NCBI GenBank assembly: GCA_012295275.1
Contig: CM022671.1
Coordinates: 28,210,001-28,274,000, forward strand
Direction: 5' to 3'
Length of the DNA: 64,000 nt
Origin: Chrysomallon squamiferum
Taxonomy: Eukaryota > Animalia > Mollusca
The notes below the pieces were generated by a model. The model did no database searches and was not told where the DNA came from. It was given only the letters and a program-made list of their open reading frames with translations. A program made the position numbers and the translations under genes. Below are positions 1 to 11,374 of the stretch, piece after piece (position 1 is the first letter of the stretch; every line of letters starts with the position of its first letter).

Positions 1-1365
1 ATTCGGCAGAGAAAGTGCAGCGAATTGGTATGAATGGCAGTCCTCTTTGTTGTTTTACTTTTTTCTTTTAAAGTTGATTTATAAGGAAAAATGAATTTAT
101 CAAAATTATTCTTTTCAGTTATTTTATGGGTTTCTTTAAATGGAATTTCATATCTTTTTTTGGCCTTTAATTTTAATTTTTAATTATTTTTTTCTTGATT
201 AGAATTCAAACTTGATGAAGCTTCAAAAGAAGCTATTAGACAGGCAAAGACAAAGTTTGAGAAAAAGACTGCTAGTGTTGATCTGCATCATCTGGAATAC
301 AATACATTTACCAAGACAACCTGCAAAAAACAGAGACTCAGCCCAGACTCAGTTTTACAGTTAGCTATACAGGTAAACTCTTCATCTTATACAATAATTT
401 TTTTTTTACATACTTGATTTTACAATCACTTATATGTGTACTACATTTTATAAACACACACAGAGTAATCAATTCCTTTTACACTCACTATATTGGTAAA
501 CTCTTCATCATTTATGTAATAAAAAAATTATTAACATACTTGATTTTACAATTAATTATATGTCTACTGTATTATATATAGAATACACTCACTTGTAAAT
601 TGGCTGTACAAATAAATAACGTCTTGTGTAAAGAAATTGTGATCGATTTTTAACCTCTGCCTAAATGTAGTTTGAATTCTTTGTGCAGTGTATGGTGTGT
701 TATCAGCTCGACAATAGTGAGTTTACTGTTGGGTTATTAAGTGCACCTAGATAAAACTGGGAGATGTGCCGACAAATAACTGTGAAGAACAGGGAATCTG
801 TGCGATTCATCTCCCACAAAATACTAATTTTACTTTGTACAATACAAGAAAATAGAGATGTACCTTTAGTAATAGAAACAAATAACCTTAATACATCCTG
901 TTATCAATATTATTAAGTTGTTTTAATTTAATAAAGTATGATAATAAAATAGATTTCTCACTTGTAAGTTAGTTATACAGGTAAATCCTTCATCATTATT
1001 CATGTAATAAAGAATATTTATCTACTCAATTTTACAATTAAATATGTCTATCACATACACTTTTACTGTATAAAGAAATTGTATCTTTATACAGTAATCA
1101 AATACTTTTACACTCACTTGTAAGTTGGCTATGATAGTAAATCATTTCTTGTATAAAGAAATTTTGATAGATTTTAAACCTCTGCCTAAATGTAGTTTGA
1201 ATTTTTTGTGCAGTGTATGGTGTGTTATCAGCTTGACAATAGTGAGTTTACTGTTGGGTTATTAAGTGCACCTAGATAAAACTGGGAGATGTGCCGACAA
1301 ATAACTGTGAAGAACAGGGAATCTGTGCGATTCATCTCCCACAAAATACTTATTTTACTTTCTAC

Positions 1366-1399
<34 letters not shown>

Positions 1400-3232
1400 G
1401 AAAATAAAGATGTACCTTTAGTAACAGAAACAAATAACCTTAATACATCTTTCTATCAACATTATACTTATGTTTTAGTTTAATAAAGTATGACAATAAA
1501 ATAAATTCTTCGTTGATCATGAAGCCTTAATACTTCCTTTTATCCACATTATTATTTTGTTTTTGTTTAATAAAGTACGACAATGAAATAAATTTCTCAC
1601 TTGTAAGTTAGTTATACAGTAAACGATTCATCATTATTTATGTTATAAAAAAATATTTATATACTCAGTTTTACAGTTACATATGTCTACCACATTTTAT
1701 TCACAGTAATCAAATACTTTTACACTCACTTGTAAGTTGGCTATACATATAAATAATTTCTTGTATAAAGAAACTGTGATAGAATTTAAACCTTTGCAAA
1801 CCTGAAGTTTGAAGTCTTTGTGCAGTGTTTGGTGTGTTATCAGCTTGACAATAGTGAGTTTACTGTTGGGTTATTAAGTGCACCTAGATAAAACTGGGAG
1901 ATGTGCCGACAAATAACTGTGAAGAACAGGGAATCTGTGCGATTCATCTCCCACAAAATACTTATTTTACTTTCTACCATACATATAGAAGAAAATAAAG
2001 AAAAAGATTTATTGTCAGAAACTGGCACAGTTTTACTGAAAATTCAAACTTTATTTTCAGCTTGCCTACTTCAGACAGAATGCAAAAACTGTAGGAACCT
2101 ACGAGTCATGCAGCACATCAGCATTCAAACATGGCCGAACTGAAACTGTGCGCCCTTGCACAGCAGCAACAAAAAAAATGTGTGACTTGCTTTTCAATTC
2201 TAAAACAACACCAACAGTTGGAGAACTTCAGCAGGGAATGAAGGATTGTTCTCAAATGCACCAACAACTCACAAAAGAAGCAGCAATGGGTATATAATAG
2301 AATTTAATTAAAGAAAAAAAAAATTAAAATTATATGAAACATTTACCAAAATGTAAAAAAAGCCCTACATGTTTATTACTTATGTTTGGTGTTTTGTTTG
2401 TTCTGTGTTTATTTAATTCCATTTATTTTATTTTGTAATTAAAACTTTAATAATTGTGGAAAATCAGTATTATAATCAAGGCGAAAAACCCCAAATAAGA
2501 GTTAATAAAACTATTGATTTAAACATAACACAAACAAGTGTGTTAATTTTAATAGTAAAAATCTTCATTTTGTTTTTAGGTCAGGGATTTGACAGACATA
2601 TGTTCGCACTTCGACATTTGGCTGAACAGTCTGGGAAATCACTTGATTTGTTTGTCGATCCAGCTTATAAGAAACTGAACCATATCATTTTATCTACATC
2701 AACGCTCTCTGATCCAGCTGTACTCTTAGGAGGCTTTGGAGCTGTAGTCCCTGATGGTTATGGCATAGGTAATGTGAATTTTAATATATTAGTATACAGT
2801 GATGTTATATGAAATAATACACTCTCGTTTATATATATATTAATAATATATTTGAGTAAAACAGTTTTAATTATTATAAATTAATATATTATTTGAATAA
2901 TACAGCATTACTAATTTAAATTAATATTTTTGATTAATACAGTATTATCAATATAAAAACTAAATATATTAATGTAAGCTAATCCTTTTGAATAATAGGG
3001 TAATATTAATTATAAGAGAACAGTAGTGTCTAATTAATATAATATAATATATTTATATAGCAGTATTATAAACTTTTCTTCAGGTTATTCGGTTGAAGAA
3101 GACAGAATAGGATTCAATGTGACTAACTACCCTCCAGCTACTGATGTTCATGATTTCATAGACTGTTGTAAACACAGCTTAAATGACATACATGATATAT
3201 TCAATGGCAGGGTACCCAGCAGTAAATCATAA
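1..3232 (+). CDS. CPT2: Carnitine O-palmitoyltransferase 2, 3' part (5' end outside window)
   Basis: Exons <1-27, 203-372, 2061-2289, 2580-2768, 3084-3232, all GT-AG and phase-compatible. Translation includes [85 protein letters not shown], matching the CPT2 C-terminus. TAA at 3230-3232. Confidence 0.95.
682..821 (+). ncRNA. Box H/ACA guide RNA (scaRNA-like), copy 1, in CPT2 intron
   Basis: Hairpin-hinge-hairpin-tail layout. GTGCA/TGCAC basal stem, H box AGATAA 749-754, second stem TGGGAGATG(758-766)/CATCTCCCA(808-816), ACA 816-818 followed by 3 nt. UGAG (718-721) and GAAG (784-787) sit in the apical loops. Both pockets lie 14 nt from the H or ACA box. Confidence 0.85.
1207..1346 (+). ncRNA. 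Box H/ACA guide RNA (scaRNA-like), copy 2
   Basis: Same 140-nt unit. It differs from copy 1 by one C>T in the upper stem (C-G becomes U-G, pairing kept). ACA at 1341-1343. Confidence 0.85.
1819..1958 (+). ncRNA. Box H/ACA guide RNA (scaRNA-like), copy 3
   Basis: Same 140-nt unit. It has one further A>T change outside the predicted guide elements. ACA at 1953-1955. Confidence 0.85.
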
Positions 3233-5356
3233 TGTGGACACTAAAGATGACATCCAAGTTAGAATCGTTTCTCTGCCTTATTATATCTGTTTTTCACTTC
3301 TTTGTATTCACTTACCTTTTTGATATGTACATTTATTGATTTTAATAATGGAAAAATTTACATGAAGAATCGTCTGGAATATTTTGCATAAATGTGAAAA
3401 GGCTGTGTGGATATATGTTTTTCATTGTGCATATATTTTGTTTTTATTATTATTGTTATTTCATTGAGGATCTTTCTCTATTTTGAAAGTGTTAAAAATA
3501 GTACTTTGTTATTTTGAATACATTTTTACTGATAGTTCATAAGGCTACAAAATGGAATTAAATCTATAATGCTGTTTACAGAATAATGTAATTAGATCTG
3601 ATTTTGTTACCTCGAAACTGTTCAGTCATGAAAAGGGAGTGATTAACACTATAATGGACATTTTTAATTCATTATTATAATGTAATTTCTCCTTTCCACT
3701 GTACAGTTCTTGAGTAACAGGAGAAATTTCTTGAAATTATCACTTGATTTGGTGCAAAAATTCATAAAGAATTTTAATGGATTAATAATCACAATTTATT
3801 ACATTATTAATTTATGTTCTTACATTAACTTAGTTGTTTCATTTTGTTAATAATTTGTGATATGTATATAAGCTGCCTCTATAGGAGTATAAACATTTGT
3901 AATAATCATGGTAATAAATGACGAAGAAAAGTGTAGTATTCTTCTTTTTATGATTTCTTGTATTTATTATTCATTGATATAGAACAGTTCGTAAAAAATT
4001 TTGTTTTTAAAAATGTTGGCACATGTTGATGGTATATGTATATGTGTATATATTATTATAATTTTTATATAATTTAACAAACCTTTCAAACCAAACTGAT
4101 GTCGATACAAGTAATTTCTCTTACGGAAAAGTTACGAATAGCTTGAAATCAATTCTATATAAATTATTCATTATTCAAGATTATATTAACACAACAAGAG
4201 ACATACAGAAGTAACATTTATTTTTATAATCTGACCATACAGAGATAAAAGCTTGTATATTTTACTAATATTTTATTCACAGTATCATAGAAAATTAGTC
4301 TGATTATCTAATACCAGCGATTAAATTATCTTTGCCTTACACCAAACAGTATTTAAAAATGCAAAGAAATAAATGGTAAGCGAAGGATTGCAGGCTTGAA
4401 GATGATTTTATATCCATGTTAAACAAGCAGAAAATGTTATAATCAACAATAAAAATAAATCACTGTACTGACACTTATTTGCACAAACGTACTTTCGAAA
4501 CGATCATTTCGTTTTCGAGCGTTTTCAAAAGCGATAAGATCGTCCATATATGAATATTTTTATAATCTAAGAATAACTTATTTTTATTTTTTATTATTAA
4601 AGTAAAAATGTTGATGAACAACAATTATGTGAAATAAATAAAATGTTTATTTTTTTTTTTTTTTTATTTTTTTTTTTTTTTAATTTATTTATTATTTATT
4701 TAATTATGTATTCTGTTTACTCTAGGGAATAAGTACATAAGGACAAACAAATGCAAATTTATATTCTGATCATTACCTACGAAACCATCCCTTACTTGAA
4801 TATATCATAATCCCCCCTACTTTATGGATGCCTCTTATATTAAGTATAATCTACTACAACGTCAGAATTTACAAACAAACAAAAAATCACTTGATATTAA
4901 GTGAAAACCGATAAGCGGCTAACGAATATGGCACGGTTAAAGGGTGAATAACAAAACATTTAAAAAAATAACATGTATTAGGCGTCTGTAATTGTTTTCT
5001 TTTATAATGAAATGAGAGATGAAACACGTCACCGTAATTTGATGGACTGCTCTGATTGGTTGTAGTAAAGAATATTTCTAGTCACCTTATCGTAGACGAG
5101 AAGGCACATACAATGGCCTTTGATAAACCAGTTGTGTATTCCAAGATGAAAAAGGAAGTATCTATAATAATCACAAGGAGGAATGATCTCGACGCGCAAT
5201 AAATCACAGCAGCTGTTTCTTTTTCTTTTTCTTCCTCTTCTTCTTCTTCTTCTTCTTCTTCTTCTTCTTCTTCTTCTTCTTCTTCTTCTTCTTCTTCTTC
5301 TCTCTCTCTCTCTCTTATTATTATTGTTATTATTATTTTATTTATTTATTTATTTT

Positions 5357-7118
5357 TCACCACGCAGAGATGAGTGATCTTTGTCTCTGAGGTAACTGCC
5401 GTTGACTGGCGAGACGAAACTCGTGTTTTCTTTTTTCTGTTGATCGCTCGTTTTGATGTCCTATTTTCGAGTAAGAAGATCTAATACTGTAAATTTTTAA
5501 TCTGGATTCCGGTCCTTTAACTGCAATACCTGACTGTAATCTTGATGGTTCTTTTGATACCGAAGAAACATTTCTTGATCTGGTATTTGTGTAGATGGAT
5601 GGCGTATCTGGCAAAGACAGCGAACAAGTTGAGACAGAAATGTTTTCAAGCTTGGGTTTGGTCACAAAACCTAGGTCTGAATAAGCTCGTGTGAATGTCG
5701 GACAAAGTTTTCTTTTTGTGTAAGCACTGGTAGTCATTCTAGCATAATGAGGTTCTGTTTTAGTTTTCCCTGGTTTTCTATCAACAGTTGTTTTTGACAC
5801 TTGCTCGAGCTTTGTTGGCTTATCTCGATTGTCCACGTGCCACATTGGACTTTCAGTAACGTAACTACCACACATCTGAACCTTTTTCCACAAAAGAGGT
5901 TTTTCGTTGTGTTCTCTTATTTGAGCATAATTTGTCTGTTTGTTGTGAACAGATCTCTTCAGACTGCTGAACGACTTTGTTGTACGGACGGGAATCTCCA
6001 ACATTTTTTTTTCACGCGAATGTTTGGAGGATGGCGTTGGGGTGCTTTTCAAAGACATCGTTCCGTACCCTTCATCCAAACCACGGAACAGAAATGCAGC
6101 AAATGCACTTCCACACGAGTAATCCATATTGAACTGACTGGTTCCTCTAAAAAGGCGGCTGTCGCCTGCAGGAGAACTGGGAAATGATTGGTGTCCAGAA
6201 TCGCACTCGTATGTTTCGTTGGGTGAAATAATCTTGGTGGAGTTGCCCTGAAACACATTCGAATGTCGCCGAGACTTTGGTTTCATTACCGATCCATCCA
6301 CATCCTCTAAAAGGGACTTTGTGCTTTCTTTTGTCGTTCTGTCAAGCAACTCGTCTTCTGGTATTATTGAGAATTCTTCATCTGAAGATTCTTGGTCCAC
6401 AGACTTGTCTGGTTCGGGTGTTGGAGGTTTTGGTCGGCGGTACCGAGGTATGCGTTCACGAGGCTTGATAAAACTGAACAAGTCATTGTTTTTGTAGTCT
6501 ATAATTTCGACAATGTCCAGCATATCCCTGTCATATGCCATCTGGCGACACGAATACTTCCTCAGTTCTATCAGGTGTCTTTGAGTTTCGTTTACAGTCT
6601 GAAATTAATTCCAAGAAATTTGATTGAATAGTTATATCATCATAGCACATATGTACAATTAATATTTTAGCGAACTAAATACATCAACTTAATTCTCTTG
6701 AACAAAAACAGCCTTTATTTACTATAAATTAATTTAAACGCTGGTATATAATTTAAAGAATTCTATAACTGGTAGACTATTTAATTTGGTAAATATATGC
6801 TTATATAATGTTAAATAAAAGATTTTTTAAATGTTTATTAAAAAGATAATAATAAAAAAGCTAAAATACTTACATTTAGTTTGGTAAATATATACTTATT
6901 TAATGTTAAATAAAAGAAATTTAAAATGTTTATAAAAAAATAAAATAAAATACTTACAATTAGAGTTGTTTCAAAATTATGATCGACACCATTGTCAAGA
7001 AGAAATTCAGCCATTTCTTGCTGATCAGCTCTGATGGCGGTCATCAACAGATTTTCATTATACTAAAACGAAAGGCGCAGATTTTAAATAAATACCATAG
7101 GTAAAATAAATGTGGATC

Positions 7119-7149
<31 letters not shown>

Positions 7150-7948
7150 GCATTAAAAAAACATTTAAAAATATATATCATTCAGATGGCATTAACATTC
7201 ACAAATAAATTTAATAGTCTATTTATTCAATACATTGTAATGACAATAAATAAATAAAATTCAATATATTCAATTTCTCAGAATGAACCCATTAAAGAAG
7301 AAATAAAATATGATATTATTTTTATTTTTATTATTTACTAGGTTTTTTTCTTCCATTTATCTTATGTGAATCGCAACCTAAATATTTTCTCTTACCAGAG
7401 TCATATTGATATCCGAATTAGGTTTGTCAAGAATGTCTTCAAGTAAATCTATATCTCCTGCTTTCACTGCATTGTACGCGGCCTATAGAATAAACAAGTA
7501 TTAAAAGACTACATTACTGTTGTTGAAAAGACACGACCTGCAGGGTATTAGATGTACAATTTGGAAAACTGAAATTAATTACTGCTTTTTCCTTTCATTT
7601 ATTTCTTCCTTTATTTATTATTTTTTTCTTTATTTAACTGAATTATCGTTTGTTTTCTAATTTTTCATTACGTATGTTCAGTTCATGTTTTTTTGAAATT
7701 TTTTATTTTATAATTATGTTCAGTGATTAAAGGAAATGCTCTTTTTACCATCTTTTTTAAAAGATATTAATTATTTTTACGTCATTTACTTTCTGCCTTT
7801 TAAAATATTTGTTTTTCTCTCGATTATCAGGCTAATACGATAAAGTATGAAAACGAAATATTCCGAATATATATTTCCAGTTTTGCCAATAAACACATCT
7901 TATATTATTACATTTTATATTATTTATTGTATTATATGTTATATTCGC

Positions 7949-7988
<40 letters not shown>

Positions 7989-10043
7989 AGCAACTACTAC
8001 AATTAATAGTAGTAGTGGTACTGATAGTAGTACTAGTAGTAGTATGGTAGCAGTACAAGTAACAGTTATCTCTGTTGTGGTAATTTTACAGTGTAACTGG
8101 ATAGTAGTTGACATTTTATATATATTAAAAATAAAAATAACATTTAAACTGAAATTCTTCTACGTTCAAGAACAATCTGACTTTTTGCGTCTTTATAGTG
8201 CTTCAATGTTCTGTCTATTATTCGCTTTGAATAAACTGAAACGTAGATCATAAAAAATAAATGACGTTTGTAGGAAACTTACGTGCATGTCCTCTTTGCT
8301 CATAACTGGTTGTGTGTCTTCTTCTTCTTCTTCTTCTTCTTCGTCGTCGTCGTCGTCGTTGTATTCACCACCCTCGTCCTCACTCACTTCATGGATCAGT
8401 ACTAACGTCCCCTTCTTCACGAATGTCCTCTAGTTTGGGTTTATCTTCCTCGTCATCTTCTTGTTCTCTTTTATCTTCGGTTTCGGATGTCGCTTCGTCT
8501 GTCTGGAAATATATACGTCGTTAAATTGACTATTTTTCAGTCACTCTTTACCAAATATTACATATAACTGATAACGATATTTGTTCCTTCAATGTAATGT
8601 AATGTGGATCAGATTAAATCAGCAGATTTAATACCTGGAAACATATTCTTGTTGACCGCATGGTGCATATCATTACGCTGTTTTCACATTGCTTGGTCAC
8701 TCAGACTAAATATTTGTAGAAAAAAAATCCACTCCTTGCCATTGATTCATTGTTAATTCTTGTTCATAATCTAGTGGTGATTTCAAAGCTGGAGAGTGTA
8801 CTAATAATTTCCTAATAGACTTCAAGTAGAAAGATGCCACGATTTCAAAGTTTACAATTCGTACTGAATGAATATTCGAAATTCGAACCAGAAGTTGATC
8901 AGCTGTTTCTAGGTAAAGTTACATAATGAATGGAAAACAGTTTTGAGAAAACATTAATTGGTTAAAATAATTATTTAAAATAATAATAATAAAATAAAAA
9001 AATAAATAAATAAAAAAAAAAAAATAAAAAAAAAATTAAATAATATTAAAACAAAATAAAAATAAAAATAAATTTTTAAAAAAATAAAGAAATCAAATTA
9101 TTTAAAAAACACCAAACCATTAAAAAAAGAAAATTATGCTGTCAGAGATGTCAGTATTTGCATGTTAAATAAAAATTTTGAAAAGGAAAATAATAAAATA
9201 AAAAATGAAATAAACTTAGTAACAAAAGCGACGAAACGAAATAAAAACAAAAAATAAAAAAATAAACGCCCCTAAAAAGTAAATAGCACATATCACTACC
9301 CATTAAACATTAGTTTCTGTTAACTGTACACAACAGCATTGTGTGACTTGTTTTATTTTACTTGTGATAAATTATTTCTTGAAGTGTCAAAGTAAGCCAC
9401 GTTATCCTAGTTATCTGATATTTGAAATATTCACCATACTTAAAATTAATACCTGGGTGTCATGAGAGGGGGAAAAGAAGAGGCCAATGTAGGCCTGTTT
9501 ATATCTCATGATTTATATTAAAATAAATCGACACGCCATTGGTCAGACGAAATATTTTTTACCACAGTCTTTGCTCTCGATTGCTTTATTTTATCCAATA
9601 CAAATAGCGTAATTGAACTATTTCCCAATCTTGTCAATCTCTTATTTATAAAAAGACGGGAAGATATACAACACTTGGTCTGATTAGGACGCTAATTTTT
9701 TTCGGTCGGTCTGTCTACAAAAGACGCTATTTTGGGGGGGTTTGTCTGTCTGTCTATAAAAGATACCTTGTTGCTAATCTAGAAAGATCAACCTATTGCG
9801 AGAAGGTGGCGAATTTCAGTCCGGTCGTTTGCTGTCCTTAACCATATCTATTACGTGGTGTATCCGTAAGAATCTATCATGTCATGTATTGAGAAAATGT
9901 TTACCAGAATTAAAACAGAAATGTCCGCTTTTCTCATTGTTATCACTCATAAATGTCTTTTTATGTGAATTACATGTGTCATGATAACAACCCCATCGGA
10001 AAAAAAAAAAATAAAATAAAAAAATATTAAAAAATATAAAAAA

Positions 10044-10086
<43 letters not shown>

Positions 10087-11340
10087 TAATAATAATAATA
10101 ATAATAATAAACCCTTTCAAAAACAGCAACAATTTATTGTCATTTTCACTAATTCGTGTACGTAAATGTCAGTATATAAGACGTTTTTTTTTTCAATTCC
10201 AGATTATACGTGCCAGTATTTGTCCAGAATCTTTAAATGTCATTTGATATGAGCAGTGTGTCTACCCCAGAACTTTGGTTTTGACATTTTTTTTTTCAAT
10301 TACGTTAGAAGAACAATTATACTATTGCCATTATTTGTCCATTTTAATACAAATATATATATAATAAATTAAAATTAACATAATCTTGAAAAATATGCAG
10401 TCAAATCTGTCATCCACCTGTCTGTCAAGGCCACCTTGATGATTGCAATAATGTAATTTTGTTTTAAAACTGAATACAAAAACCAACTCTGACGCCACGT
10501 TTGGCTGGTCCCTTGAGTGGCCGCTATAGTCAGCTATTTCTCTATGCTATGTTGTCTGCTTTTGCTGTTGTTGGATATTTATATTTTGGAGAGTTGTTTG
10601 ATATTATAAGGGAAAATACTACATTTTAGCGACATAACTGCACGGGTATTAAAAAAACAAAACAATTATACATTAAAAAAAGCACTGCATTTAATACATT
10701 TACTGATTATCATATAGCCGCGTCCATGCAAAAGCTATAATTGTCCTGACATGTCTAGACTATGATAAATAACGTTAATTTATTTATTATTCTAATATCT
10801 ACTATTTTATATGTTTCTGTTCCATGAGATTTCTTTATAAATTTCAGATTACGGTAACCCGCCCAATGGAAAAGGTTAATCTTTATGTCAGTTTTATGAC
10901 AAATTAGTCCATGTTTATATTCATGAGAAACTTTGTAATAAACGAAATGTAGCGTTTTAATAATAACTACACAGTAACAGCTGTATCACACAGTACAATA
11001 ACAATTCCCCTTTAAGAGCATGACTATCAGAAATGATTATTTGTTGCTTACACCTTTAGATGACGTTTGTTAAGACCCTGGTTTATTCTTTATGAGAAAT
11101 ATGAATGGCTGAAAATCTAATATCGTTATTGTTGATCGGTACATATTTAAGTAAATTGTAAGTTTGATCATGTGGAAAAAAAACATTTTGATGTCACATT
11201 TCTTGTAATTAACTACCAAGCTAAATAATAAATTGAATCATTAAAATTGATTGTTTCGAATTCATGTTATTATCTGGTGATAATTATAGTAAAAGTAGTA
11301 GCAGCAACAACTACTACAGCAGAAGCAGCAGCAGCAGCAA

Positions 11341-11374
<34 letters not shown>

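Larger units (their letters stand above)
373..2000 (+). repeat. Intronic tandem triplication (period about 525-610 bp) carrying the H/ACA unit and degenerate copies of the upstream exon/donor junction
   Basis: Core offsets are 682, 1207 and 1819. The flanks align with substitutions and indels. The junction sequence ttagctatacag/gtaaactcttcatc recurs at about 969-995 and 1608-1633. Confidence 0.85.

Noticed and set aside
1289-2143. Repeated ORFs beginning [19 protein letters not shown]
   Set aside because: They are incidental translations of the H/ACA 3' hairpin inside the CPT2 intron. The 1901-2143 ORF overlaps the true exon in the wrong frame.
5801-6631. Antisense and alternative-frame ORFs over the 394-aa exon (likewise 28259, 42432, 42798, 50231, 63513)
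   Set aside because: They are shadows of real exons, with no independent motifs or splice support.
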